From positions 1-32,027 of the forward strand of contig JBBILZ010000028.1 of assembly GCA_037444665.1 (NCBI GenBank): DNA of 32,027 bases. The letters are read 5' to 3'. Shown here piece after piece: positions 8,697-18,388 of this stretch (the stretch's first letter is position 1; every line of letters begins with the position of its first letter). The notes under the pieces are model-generated. The model saw only the letters and a list, made by a program, of their open reading frames with translations. It was not told the origin of the DNA and did not search any database. Source of the DNA: a candidate division WOR-3 bacterium. GTDB taxonomy: Bacteria; Hydrothermota; Tepidihabitantia; SM23-42; JAOAFX01. The position numbers were made by a program, and so were the translations under genes.

Positions 8697-10098
8697 TTTT
8701 ATATACCCTTTCCCAAATTATTTTTGTTTTTAATTCCAATTCTGAATCATATTCTGACATCTTTTTCTCATAATCAGGATTTGCTAATATTTCTGCAGCG
8801 GCTTCGTCTGCCGGTTTTGCCTTTGTTTCAATGACCAATTTTTTTGCCAGTAAATAGTGGTCGCGTATTGGGCAGGGCCTTAATAGGTCGCCTTCTTTCC
8901 AGTATTTGAACTGCCATTCCCTGATACGTTTAGGTAGAGGAAGGTTGATCAAATAATTTAGGTTTTCCCCTTTTGCATATATTTCCTTTAAATTCGCAGC
9001 CGCGTAAGGAAAAAATACACAGGGATAGACATTTGCCTGCCAGTCAACATAAAAATAACCTCCTGGCCTGCCCGCAGAAATACAACCATCTGAAACTGGA
9101 CCGTGATTCCAGAAGTCGGCATACATTATTTTTTTGTCGCGAACTATTCCCCAACTCTTTTCCCAGAGCATAATCCTCTGTTCTGGTGTTGGGATAAGTT
9201 CTGGAGTGATGTCCCTGCCAATAGGCATATAGTGAAAGACCCAGGCATAAGCTGCTCCAAGTTTATTAAAATACAGGTCTATAAATTCGTCTGATACAAT
9301 CTCTTCAGCATTATCCCTGGTTGCGGTGATTGAGATACCAAAGGTGACACGGTATTTCTTTAAAAGTTGCAGGGTACTTACAATTCTATCAAAGAAACCA
9401 TCGCCCCTGCGCCTTTCAGTTGTTTTTTTCATTCCTTCAACCGAAATTGCCGGCGTTATATTTCCAAGGTTGGCAAATTTTTTTGCGATTTTTTCATTGA
9501 TTAAACTGCCATTTGTATACATTAGAAAGAGAGACTCAGGATTTTCTTCAAAAATATCAATTATCCCTTTGTTCCCCCATTTATAGAGCATAGGTTCACC
9601 ACCAGATATTACCACAAACCGCGCACCCCATAAATCACGCATTTCTTTTATTGCCCGGGAGAAAATATCATAGGGTAACTGTTCTTTATCAGATGCAGAA
9701 TTTGCATAACATCCCTGACAGCGGAGATTACATTTCTTTGCGGGTGAGATGGTCATAAAACCGGGAGGGTCAAAATTAAATATTGCCCGGAATTCTTTTT
9801 CTTTTTCAGCACGAAGATTGCTCAGAATTGCTTTGCTTATTATGGTATTGGTAAACTTTGAGGATGTTCCAAACCGCATCCCTGAATAGACCATTGCCCT
9901 CAGCATATAAAATTTGTCCTGGAGTACCCCTGGTAACCCAACTGGACCGGGGACATTTTTAATTGCCAACCATATCCCTTTTTCAACAAGCGGTAAAAGA
10001 AAAGGCCGTAGCAATGGATTATTTCCTGAATTAAAAATTCCGTAGAGAAGATTTTTCATTAAAAAGTTATTAATTTTTACTTTTGTTTCCAACCGCAT
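8674..10098 (-). CDS. Radical SAM protein with SPASM/twitch-like C-terminal Cys cluster, function unknown
   Basis: CNLRCQGC, SGGEP, YTNG, GCISAG...YPCVF...RPCPIRD. Confidence 0.85.
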   Translation of the reverse strand: MRLETKVKINNFLMKNLLYGIFNSGNNPLLRPFLLPLVEKGIWLAIKNVPGPVGLPGVLQDKFYMLRAMVYSGMRFGTSSKFTNTIISKAILSNLRAEKEKEFRAIFNFDPPGFMTISPAKKCNLRCQGCYANSASDKEQLPYDIFSRAIKEMRDLWGARFVVISGGEPMLYKWGNKGIIDIFEENPESLFLMYTNGSLINEKIAKKFANLGNITPAISVEGMKKTTERRRGDGFFDRIVSTLQLLKKYRVTFGISITATRDNAEEIVSDEFIDLYFNKLGAAYAWVFHYMPIGRDITPELIPTPEQRIMLWEKSWGIVRDKKIMYADFWNHGPVSDGCISAGRPGGYFYVDWQANVYPCVFFPYAAANLKEIYAKGENLNYLINLPLPKRIREWQFKYWKEGDLLRPCPIRDHYLLAKKLVIETKAKPADEAAAEILANPDYEKKMSEYDSELELKTKIIWERVYKNGTRKAI

Positions 10099-10104
10099 AA
10101 TTGA

Positions 10105-10132
10105 ATTATATCCAAAATAAGGTATTTGTCAA
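10105..10132 (-). promoter_or_regulatory. sigma70-like promoter TTGACA-N16-TATAAT (leaderless radical SAM-tyrS transcript)
   Basis: Perfect hexamers; ATG 6 nt after -10, no SD. Confidence 0.8.
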
Positions 10133-10189
10133 TTATGGTACAGTATAAATTGAATAGACTTAAGTCTTGATAATTGAAATAGTTGTATT

Positions 10190-10900
10190 TTATCTCAATT
10201 TCGCACCGGGGATATATTCACGGGCGAGCATAAGTAATCTATTTAGTGTTGCATCATCATATTGTTTATTGCGATAATTTTTGTTGAAAGCATTAATAGA
10301 AATAAACCGCTGCAAGACCCATCTCTTTGCTCCTTTTATTGTCTTTCCAATATTTTTTATTGCTGATTCATCTATTAAGTCGGGCACGCAAGTTGTCCTA
10401 AATTCATAATCAATGCCAGAGTTAATAAGAATGTTTACAGATTTTAATATTTTATCAAGCAAATCTTTATTTTCTTTAGACCTTTGTTTTTTTCCGGTTG
10501 CAAGATAATATCTTTCATCAAGCGGCGCCTTAATATCCATTGCTACATAATCTATAAATTTTAATTTTAGTAGTGATTCAAGGGGTTCAGGAAGGGAGCC
10601 ATTGGTATCCAGTTTTATCCCTAAATTATTCATTTTTGCTTTCTCAACAATCTCCACCACATCATTATAAAATAATAAAGGTTCACCACCAGTCAAAACA
10701 ATGCCATCAATCCAGCCCTTTTTTTGTTTAATTTTTTTTAAGATTTCAATGAAATCATAGACAGGAAATTTTTCCGGGTTTATTATCAATCTCCAGTTCT
10801 GACAGAATGGACAGCGGAAATTACAACGGTCAAAAAAGATCACCGAAACAATTTTCCCATCCCAGTCCACAAGTGAGGTTTGAATGAAGGCGCGAATCAT
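10190..10900 (-). CDS. nrdG: Anaerobic ribonucleotide reductase activating enzyme-like radical SAM (NrdG family)
   Basis: SLVDWDG, CNFRCPFCQN, TGGEP, KLDTNG, YVAMDIKAP, YEFRTT. Confidence 0.8.
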   Translation of the reverse strand: MIRAFIQTSLVDWDGKIVSVIFFDRCNFRCPFCQNWRLIINPEKFPVYDFIEILKKIKQKKGWIDGIVLTGGEPLLFYNDVVEIVEKAKMNNLGIKLDTNGSLPEPLESLLKLKFIDYVAMDIKAPLDERYYLATGKKQRSKENKDLLDKILKSVNILINSGIDYEFRTTCVPDLIDESAIKNIGKTIKGAKRWVLQRFISINAFNKNYRNKQYDDATLNRLLMLAREYIPGAKLR

Positions 10901-12333
10901 AATCTATTTAAATGATTAAATATTGATTGTTCAAATATTTTTCCCGGATTGAGAATATTATTAGGGTCAAATCCCTTTTTGATCTTTGCCATTAACTGAA
11001 TAATTGTTCGCTCAAGTGCCAGTGGAAGAAATGGGACTTTGGAAAGTCCAATACCATGCTCAGCGGTAATCGTGCCACCGAGTTTGAGTGTGATTTGATA
11101 CATCTCTTTGCGCATTTCAGCAATAACAGGATTGTTTTTGCTATCTTTCTGACCTGTGAGATTTGAAATACCAACATCAGTATGGATATTGCCATCACCA
11201 AGATGTCCGAATGCATATAGTGTTCCCGAATATTTCTTTACACACTCTTTTAACTGGAAAATCAATTCTGAGATACAATTTTTAGGCACAACCAGGTCCT
11301 CGCGTGCAACCACTGTAGTCTGTGCCTTCAACGCCTCACCGATTTTTTTTCTGACTTCCCAGATGCGCTCGCGGTCCTTTGGAGTCTCTGCGACCAATAC
11401 ATCAATTGCATCCATTTTTATTGCCAGGTCGCCGATCTTTTCATATATTCTTTTAACATAAGAAAGATCATTGCCGTCTATTTCCAGTATTGTATGGGCA
11501 TCTGCTTTACTATAAGGAACTTCACGGCATAAATATTTTTCAACCATCCTCACAACTTCGCCGTCCATTAATTCTATTGCCGTGGGCATAAATCCGTGTT
11601 TTAAAACTTCTATAGAAAATTGCGAAGCGGCTAATGTTGTGCGGAAAGGAATATAAAGATTTACTACAATATCAGGTATGGTTAAAAGTTTGATTGTAGC
11701 TTCGGTGACGACAGCAAGGGTTCCTTCAGAACCTACAATAAGGTCTATCAGATCATAGCCCGAAACATTTTTTAATAATTTACCACCGAGCCGGTGCATA
11801 CTTCCATTGGCTAAAATGACCTCCAGACCAGTGACATAATTTTTTGTCACACCATATTTCATTGCCCGTGGTCCACCTGCACACTCAGCAATATTACCAC
11901 CGATTGTGCATGAATCCAGACTTACCGGGTCAGGAGGGAAAAAAAGATTGTATTTTGATAATTCTTTTGCCATCATCCCGGTGATTATTCCTGGTTCAAC
12001 AACTGCCATCAGATTTTCGTGGTCAACTTCTTTGATATGGTTCATATTTTCTAAGGATAGGACAATACCGTTATATAAAGGCACAGCACCAGCAGACAGG
12101 CTTGTGCCACCACCCCTTGCTGTTACTGGGATGAGATGCTCATCAGCCAATTTTAAGATTGCGGATATCTCTTCTGCATTTGTTGGTTTTACTACAACTT
12201 CAGGCATTGAATAATAGAGTGGTGTCTCATCATGGGCATAATTTTCCAGGGTTGCGCAATCAATAATCGTATAATTTCTACCAACAATTGAGACGAGCTG
12301 GTCAATAATTTTGCTTGATACCTTATTATACAT
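10897..12333 (-). CDS. FAD-linked oxidase/dehydrogenase, GlcD/D-lactate dehydrogenase family
   Basis: RGGGTSL, PPDP, TIGGNIAECAGG...KYG, GSEGTL, FGHLGDGNIH, AEHGIG, DPNNILNPGK. Confidence 0.9.
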   Translation of the reverse strand: MYNKVSSKIIDQLVSIVGRNYTIIDCATLENYAHDETPLYYSMPEVVVKPTNAEEISAILKLADEHLIPVTARGGGTSLSAGAVPLYNGIVLSLENMNHIKEVDHENLMAVVEPGIITGMMAKELSKYNLFFPPDPVSLDSCTIGGNIAECAGGPRAMKYGVTKNYVTGLEVILANGSMHRLGGKLLKNVSGYDLIDLIVGSEGTLAVVTEATIKLLTIPDIVVNLYIPFRTTLAASQFSIEVLKHGFMPTAIELMDGEVVRMVEKYLCREVPYSKADAHTILEIDGNDLSYVKRIYEKIGDLAIKMDAIDVLVAETPKDRERIWEVRKKIGEALKAQTTVVAREDLVVPKNCISELIFQLKECVKKYSGTLYAFGHLGDGNIHTDVGISNLTGQKDSKNNPVIAEMRKEMYQITLKLGGTITAEHGIGLSKVPFLPLALERTIIQLMAKIKKGFDPNNILNPGKIFEQSIFNHLNRL

Positions 12334-12369
12334 AGATTTTAAACCACTCTGTTTTTAGATGTTATAGCA

Positions 12370-12397
12370 AGTATATCTGAGAAATATCTGAAATCAA
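12370..12397 (-). promoter_or_regulatory. sigma70-like promoter TTGATT-N16-TATACT for glcD-like/nrdG-like genes
   Basis: -35 overlaps the rodA stop codon; -10 at 12370-12375. Confidence 0.55.
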
Positions 12398-13572
12398 TAC
12401 TCATAATGCCTTACTCTTGCAATAGATAAAATTATTCCAATTCCTATAAAACAGGCGAGTAATGATGAACCACCATAACTGATGAAGGGAAGAGGCACGC
12501 CAGTTATTGGTAGGATACCGACCGTCATCCCCATATTTATAAATGTTTGGTACCAGAACCAGCTCAATATTCCAATTGCTACCAGGCTCAAAAATTTATT
12601 TTTTGTTTCTCTCGCAATGGATAAAATTCTGTAGAACAGAAAGATATACAGGAATATTGATATCAGGATGCCAATAAATCCAAGTTCTTCACCAATGCAG
12701 GAAAAGATGAAATCAGTGTGCCTTTCTGGTAGAAATTCCAATTTTTTTTGTGTGCCTGAAAGGAATCCTTTACCCCACAATTGTCCTGAACCAATTGCTA
12801 TTTTTGACTGGATTGCCTGCCAGGAAATTCCTTTTGGGTCAATCCACGGTGAAAGGAATGCGATGATTCTTTTTTGCTGGTACACTTTTAAAGAACGCCA
12901 GATAATTGGGGTGATGAGTCCGACAAGTGGATTTGCAATAACATGGTATGATATCTCAGTTAATTTTTTGCGTGTATACACAAAAATTCCAAATACAATC
13001 ATAAATCCGAGCCACAAATAGATTGAGAAACTTGTGATTGCAGCAATGAGGGGTGAAAAAAAGATAACGATTTTTGCAAGTGGCATCCCTGCCCAATAGA
13101 GCATAAAACACATTATAGGAAAGAATATCTGAGCAGCGCCAAAATCTGGTTCAATAAAAATGAGACCCGAAGGGATGACAATGATAAGCAGAGGAATCCA
13201 AAAGTCGCTAAATTTTTCCAATTTTTTCTTCTCGGCAAGATAACTGGCAAGGAGCATTATTGTGCCAATTTTGGCAAATTCTGAGGGCTGCAGAGATGAA
13301 AATCCAATATTGAGCCAACGCCTTGGATAACCAGTAGCATAGAACAGAACAATGAGTGTAAGGAGGCAGGTTATTATGTAGAGAGGGAGGGAAATGGTTA
13401 TCCAGAAGCGCGAAGAAAATTTTGTAATAATGATACAAATAATAACGGCGCTGATTAACCAGAATGCCTGCCGCAAAAAATAGTTTAACCCACCGGTTGA
13501 ATATATCATTATCAACCCCATTAGCGAAATTATTAAAGAAATAAAGAGTATACTCCGGTCAATATTTTTCAT
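12394..13572 (-). CDS. rodA: Rod shape-determining SEDS glycosyltransferase RodA
   Basis: LQPSEFAK, EPDFG, QSKIAIGSG, FLPERHTDFIF, PLPFISYGGSS; start MKNID at 13572 overlapping the mrdA end. Confidence 0.95.
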   Translation of the reverse strand: MKNIDRSILFISLIISLMGLIMIYSTGGLNYFLRQAFWLISAVIICIIITKFSSRFWITISLPLYIITCLLTLIVLFYATGYPRRWLNIGFSSLQPSEFAKIGTIMLLASYLAEKKKLEKFSDFWIPLLIIVIPSGLIFIEPDFGAAQIFFPIMCFMLYWAGMPLAKIVIFFSPLIAAITSFSIYLWLGFMIVFGIFVYTRKKLTEISYHVIANPLVGLITPIIWRSLKVYQQKRIIAFLSPWIDPKGISWQAIQSKIAIGSGQLWGKGFLSGTQKKLEFLPERHTDFIFSCIGEELGFIGILISIFLYIFLFYRILSIARETKNKFLSLVAIGILSWFWYQTFINMGMTVGILPITGVPLPFISYGGSSLLACFIGIGIILSIARVRHYEY

Positions 13573-15283
13573 ATTGTTCTGCTTTATTAATTGCCCAGAA
13601 GGTTTTGATAATTTTACCTGCAATTGGTGCAGCAATGCTTCCACCGTGCCCGGCATTTTCAACAATGATACAAACGAGGATTTCTGGATTTTCACTGGGA
13701 GCATAACCAACAAATATTGAATGGTCATCTCCATGGGGATTCTCTGCAGTGCCAGTCTTACCACTTACCAGAAGACCTGGAACCCGTGCCATCATTCCCG
13801 TACCTTTTTCAACTACGCCGGCCAGTGATTTTTTAACAGTATTCAGTGCTTCGTTTTTTATATTTATTACAAAATTTTGCGTTTTTAGATTTTTGTTTAA
13901 ATGGGGAGTGGCAATTGTATTATCAAGATTGGCAAATAGTGAATATGCGCGTGCAAGTTGTAGTGGAGTCGCAAGGATATCTCCCTGGCCAATACTCAGG
14001 TTTAAAATGTGGCCTTCGGTCCAGCCCTTACCATATTTTTTTTCCATCCATTTTCTTTCGGGCACAATACCAGTCTTTTCCTGGGGTAAATCTATCCCAG
14101 TCTGTTTTCCAAAGCCGACATCATCAAGCATTTTAGTGATGACATCAATACCCAGATACCTGCCTAATTGATAAAAGTAGACATCGCAGGAATAGATGAT
14201 AGCATCTATTAAACTGAGGCTCCCATGAATTTTCCAGCATCCAAAGTATCGGTTGCCGAATTGTAACCCACCCTTACAGGGGTCAAATCGTTTATTGGAT
14301 TCAATAAATCCAGTATCAAGTCCTGCGAGTGCAATAAATGGTTTGATTGTAGAACCGATCGGATAGCAGCTCATTGTCGCCCGATTATATAATGGAGCAT
14401 CATCTGGATTATTTAATAGCTGCCACTCTGATTCAGTTAGACCGTGAACAAGACGATTCGGGTCAAAGCCTGGTTTAGAGAATATTACATAGACTTCACC
14501 ATTTTGTGGGTTAAATGCAATGACCGCAGCCCGTGGAAAATTTTTTAAGAATTGTGCTGTAGAATCAGTTAGTTCAAGGTCAAGTGTAGTATATAAATCC
14601 TTGCCAGGGGTTGGTGGAATTGCCCTGTATTCAGATACTTTACCGAGTTCCCTACCTTTAACATCAACTTCAATGAAATCAAGACCATCAGTACCTCTTA
14701 AAATGGCTTCGTACTGTTGCTCCAGACCAATTCTGCCCGTATAGTCACCAATTTTATAGTCTTTCATTTGTTTCAATTCTAATTCGGTAATTTCACTGAC
14801 ATATCCGAGAATGTGGCAGAAAAGTTCCTGAAAAGGATAGTTTCTTACTGGTTCAATACCAACCTCAATGCCTGGTAAATCTTCAAGCGATTCCTCAATC
14901 AGAGAAATCTGTTCAAAGGGGATGTCGCGGCTGATTTTAACTGATGCATAAGGATTCTTTTCAAGTTTAATTTTTCTTTGGATTGTGTTTAAGTCAATTT
15001 CTAACAGGCGTGCGATGCTTTCTATACTGCTTTGCTGAGCCAGTGCCGGGATTACTGAGACATAAAATGCAGGACGGGTATTGGCAATAATTCTTCCTTT
15101 TCGGTCATAGATATTGCCTCTTGGCGCACTTATATATTTTTTTTTGATACGATTTTCGTCAGAAAGACGGTGATATTTTTTGCCTTCAAAAATCTGCAAT
15201 TTAAAGCTGAATACTATGATAATGGCGAAGATTCCGAAGATTAAGATTTCTAATGTGCGATACTTCTTTAACTCTTTATCCAT
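13559..15283 (-). CDS. mrdA: Penicillin-binding protein 2
   Basis: APRGNIYDR dimerisation domain, STIK (SxxK), SCD (SxD), KTGT. Confidence 0.95.
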   Translation of the reverse strand: MDKELKKYRTLEILIFGIFAIIIVFSFKLQIFEGKKYHRLSDENRIKKKYISAPRGNIYDRKGRIIANTRPAFYVSVIPALAQQSSIESIARLLEIDLNTIQRKIKLEKNPYASVKISRDIPFEQISLIEESLEDLPGIEVGIEPVRNYPFQELFCHILGYVSEITELELKQMKDYKIGDYTGRIGLEQQYEAILRGTDGLDFIEVDVKGRELGKVSEYRAIPPTPGKDLYTTLDLELTDSTAQFLKNFPRAAVIAFNPQNGEVYVIFSKPGFDPNRLVHGLTESEWQLLNNPDDAPLYNRATMSCYPIGSTIKPFIALAGLDTGFIESNKRFDPCKGGLQFGNRYFGCWKIHGSLSLIDAIIYSCDVYFYQLGRYLGIDVITKMLDDVGFGKQTGIDLPQEKTGIVPERKWMEKKYGKGWTEGHILNLSIGQGDILATPLQLARAYSLFANLDNTIATPHLNKNLKTQNFVINIKNEALNTVKKSLAGVVEKGTGMMARVPGLLVSGKTGTAENPHGDDHSIFVGYAPSENPEILVCIIVENAGHGGSIAAPIAGKIIKTFWAINKAEQYEKY

Positions 15284-15687
15284 ACTCTAAAACATATTTT
15301 ATTCAAAAGGTATATTAAGGGAAGACTGAGAATAATCGTTAAAATTATTGTGGTAATATAGAAAGCCAGTCCATTTACCGCAAAGACCAGAAAAACACGA
15401 AGCAGGTAAAAGACGCTAAATACAAGGATTAGAGTGAATGGCTCGCGCACAAAATATTTTTTGAGAAAAATCAAGGCTTGGCTCAAAATTAAAAAAATCA
15501 TCATATTGAGTCCGAGTACTGCTGGATAATAAAGGTCTATTAGTAAACCGACAAAGAATGCAAATAAAATAGAAAATTTTTCGTCTTCGTTTAGAATAAT
15601 AAAATAGACCAGAATCGTAATAAAATCAATGGAACTGTTAATGGGAAGGAAAAGATAAGCAAGGACAAAATATGCCAAAAATCGCAT
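15268..15687 (-). CDS. mreD: Rod shape-determining protein MreD
   Basis: Highly hydrophobic 139 aa with FFVGLLIDL motif, located between mreC and mrdA. Confidence 0.8.
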   Translation of the reverse strand: MRFLAYFVLAYLFLPINSSIDFITILVYFIILNEDEKFSILFAFFVGLLIDLYYPAVLGLNMMIFLILSQALIFLKKYFVREPFTLILVFSVFYLLRVFLVFAVNGLAFYITTIILTIILSLPLIYLLNKICFRVWIKS

Positions 15688-15692
15688 AAGGT

Positions 15693-16430
15693 TCAGTATG
15701 CTACGTATACATAATTAAGTTTATTTATCTTAATTGCTGGTGTTATGACTACTTCCTTAAAAAACAGGTCGTCTTTATATCTTATCTCAGAAACTGTGCC
15801 AATCAATACACCCTTAGGAAATATTTCACTTAACCCCGAAGTGAAAATAGAATCACCATTATTAATTTCGTCGTCAAGTTTTATATATTCAAGCATCAAC
15901 TGTCCATTCTGTTTTGCAATTCCATAGATATTGGTTTTGGATGCAACTGCACTGATGGTAAATCCTATATTTTCAAATGTTTCAACAATGCCGGTCCTAT
16001 CTGATAATGATTTAATTCTGCCCACGAGTTTGTTCTGTATAATTACCGGGTCGTTAATGTTTAAGTCGTCGTTTTTTCCTTTATCAATATACAAATATCC
16101 ATTAAAATTTGTGGGGTCCCTGCCGATAATATTTACTTTTATTAATCTTAGATTGGCGGTAGTGATTGTATCGGGAAGTCCTGAAAGTTCAAGATGGTTT
16201 TTCAAGTTTTGGTTTTCAATTTGAAGTTTACTTATTTCTACCTCAAGGGCATCAATTTTTTTCTGGGAAATATTAAGATACTGGAAGTAATTACTGATAG
16301 ACCTTACTGGAAATAAAATAATTTCAGAAATATGGGCGCTGATATAAAGATCGGCATTCTGATTCAACACAATAAAAATTAGTGAGATTGTAAACAAAAT
16401 TACAAATAGAATAATTTGAACACGTCCCAA
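15693..16430 (-). CDS. mreC: Rod shape-determining protein MreC
   Basis: N-terminal TM, coiled coil, IDKG, TSGL..IFPKG.LIG. Confidence 0.92.
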   Translation of the reverse strand: MGRVQIILFVILFTISLIFIVLNQNADLYISAHISEIILFPVRSISNYFQYLNISQKKIDALEVEISKLQIENQNLKNHLELSGLPDTITTANLRLIKVNIIGRDPTNFNGYLYIDKGKNDDLNINDPVIIQNKLVGRIKSLSDRTGIVETFENIGFTISAVASKTNIYGIAKQNGQLMLEYIKLDDEINNGDSIFTSGLSEIFPKGVLIGTVSEIRYKDDLFFKEVVITPAIKINKLNYVYVAY

Positions 16431-17438
16431 TTATTCTCTCTTCAAGGTAAATATTACTTTTTCATACCTTTGCATATCTTCAAGAATTTTGCCGGCACCA
16501 AAAACTACTGCCTTATTTGGTTCTTCCGCGACAGTGACTGGAAGATTTGTTTCCTCGCGGATCAGAGTATCAATTCCTCTTAATAAAGAGCCACCCCCCG
16601 CCATATATATGCCAGAATTTACAATGTCTGCGGCAAGTTCAGGAGGAGTCTTTTCAAGGGTGAGTCGCACTGCCTCAATTATCATAGAAAGCGGTTCTTG
16701 AATTGCTTCCCTTACTTCATGGCTTGTCAATTTGATGGTTTTAGGAATGCCCACAACAAGGTCCCTTCCCCGCACTTCTATAGTCTTATCCTCTTCCGTA
16801 GGGAATGCATTACCAATCGCAATCTTTATCTCTTCTGCGGTCTGCTCTCCAATGATCAGATTATAGTTCTTTTTTATGTATTGCACAATTGCATCGTCCA
16901 TTTCATCGCCTGCCACCCTTATGGAGTTGTTAGTGACGATACCTGAAAGGGCAATGACAGCAATTTCCGTTGTCCCACCACCGATATCTATGATCATATT
17001 GCCCTGGGGCAGATGAACCGGAAGGTTGATGCCGATTGCTGCCGCAATCGGTTCAGAAACAAGATATACCTCCCTGGCACCCGCTGCCTCAACCGAGTCA
17101 CGAACTGCCCTTTTTTCTACTTCCGTGATACCCGATGGGACACAGATAATAACCCGGGGACGGGTAAATAATTTTTTTTGCTGGATCTTTTCAATAAACG
17201 TTCTTAAAAGCAATTCAACCATTTCAAAATCTGCAATAACACCATCTTTCATCGGTCTGATGGCTTTGATATCTTCAGGTGTTTTACCTAACATTTTTTT
17301 CGCTTCTTCACCTACTGCCACGCATTTTTTTGTTTTTGTATCTACTGCCACGACTGTTGGTTCATTGAGCACAATACCCCGACCGTGCACATAGATCAGC
17401 GTAGTACAGGTTCCAAGATCAATTGCCACATCACTCAA
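16431..17438 (-). CDS. mreB: Actin-like rod shape-determining protein MreB
   Basis: AIDLGT, EPTVVA, RPMKDGVIAD, DIGGGTTE, AGGGSLL; start uncertain (see finding). Confidence 0.96.
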   Translation of the reverse strand: MSDVAIDLGTCTTLIYVHGRGIVLNEPTVVAVDTKTKKCVAVGEEAKKMLGKTPEDIKAIRPMKDGVIADFEMVELLLRTFIEKIQQKKLFTRPRVIICVPSGITEVEKRAVRDSVEAAGAREVYLVSEPIAAAIGINLPVHLPQGNMIIDIGGGTTEIAVIALSGIVTNNSIRVAGDEMDDAIVQYIKKNYNLIIGEQTAEEIKIAIGNAFPTEEDKTIEVRGRDLVVGIPKTIKLTSHEVREAIQEPLSMIIEAVRLTLEKTPPELAADIVNSGIYMAGGGSLLRGIDTLIREETNLPVTVAEEPNKAVVFGAGKILEDMQRYEKVIFTLKRE

Positions 17439-17506
17439 AAAGTGACTTCTTAAACTCTTTAAAAATTAATAAAATTGAAGCTCCAAAGAATGCCTCCTTG
17501 TATGAT

Positions 17507-17534
17507 ATAATATTTAATTTCTGTTAAATGTCAA
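17507..17534 (-). promoter_or_regulatory. sigma70-like promoter TTGACA-N16-TATTAT for the mre operon
   Basis: -35 17529-17534, -10 17507-17512, followed by SD AAGGAGG. Confidence 0.7.
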
Positions 17535-17619
17535 CTATAATGTTGGTCGTTTCTCGTTGGGGGTTGGAAAACTCGTATCGTTATTCGTCAAAGGCCTATG
17601 GGTATTTCATCTTAGTATA

Positions 17620-17647
17620 TTGACTGAGTAATAAAATTGGGTATATT
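17620..17647 (+). promoter_or_regulatory. sigma70-like promoter TTGACT-N16-TATATT (leaderless)
   Basis: ATG 17655 lies 7 nt after -10, no SD. Confidence 0.6.
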
Positions 17648-17654
17648 TGTTATT

Positions 17655-18311
17655 ATGGCAGATAAATTTAAACCTGGACCATATAATTATTGTGATTATC
17701 GTTGTGACCGATGCGATGAAAGGGATAATTGCCGTGTTTACAAGGATAATGAAGAAAGGATGCTCCAGCATTATCTCAAAGGTGAAGACCCGGATGACCC
17801 ACAGATATTCATAAATGATTTAAAAGATATTTTTGATAAAACAAATGATATGTTAAAAAAAGCTGCAGAAGAACAGGGCATTAATATTGATGAATTATCT
17901 GATGAGGAGGAGGTTCCTGAAGTAGACCCGCACGATTATATTATTTACAACTATGCCTATGAATACTATGAGCTAGCAAAAAAAATGATAGAGAAAATTG
18001 AAAAAACAGGAATGCCTGAAGAGATTCAGGAGGATTTTGATGATTTTGCCTGGTATCACACACTGCTGGTTGCCAAGACCGGTAGACTTGTAAGTGGATT
18101 TGAAGATAGGTTTTTTGATGACGAAGTGAGGGAAGTAGAAGAAAAAGGGACCCTGCAGGTAATAAACAAAGCAATTACACTTTCAAAAAAGGCGCTTGAA
18201 AATATGCTAAATGAGCTGCCGGACGATTTTCAACAGATAATAAATTTACTTAATTTGATAAAAAGATTTGAAGAACAGATTAAGATAGATATAAGGGCGA
18301 AGGTAAAATAA
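17655..18311 (+). CDS. Hypothetical acidic helical protein with N-terminal Cys motif (YNYCDYRCDRC...C)
   Basis: 218-aa ORF, very D/E-rich, four N-terminal Cys (possible Zn or Fe-S site). Confidence 0.8.
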   Translation: MADKFKPGPYNYCDYRCDRCDERDNCRVYKDNEERMLQHYLKGEDPDDPQIFINDLKDIFDKTNDMLKKAAEEQGINIDELSDEEEVPEVDPHDYIIYNYAYEYYELAKKMIEKIEKTGMPEEIQEDFDDFAWYHTLLVAKTGRLVSGFEDRFFDDEVREVEEKGTLQVINKAITLSKKALENMLNELPDDFQQIINLLNLIKRFEEQIKIDIRAKVK

Positions 18312-18352
18312 TTAAATAATTTTAGCTGAATGAAATTCAGTCCTTTCCTCCA

Positions 18353-18380
18353 TTGATTTTTTGTTGATTCCAGATATAAT
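18353..18380 (+). promoter_or_regulatory. sigma70-like promoter TTGATT-N16-TATAAT for tilS-hpt-ftsH-folE (leaderless)
   Basis: -35 18353-18358, -10 18375-18380, ATG 8 nt downstream, no SD. Confidence 0.7.
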
Positions 18381-18388
18381 TTTTAAAA

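Noticed and set aside
2295..12333. Selenocysteine or pyrrolysine readthrough in the redox and radical SAM genes
   Set aside because: All proteins appear complete at their stops, with no evident continuation beyond TGA or TAG.
13573..13764. N-terminal extension of RodA in the ORF track
   Set aside because: Overlaps the mrdA transpeptidase domain; MKNID at 13572 gives normal RodA length.
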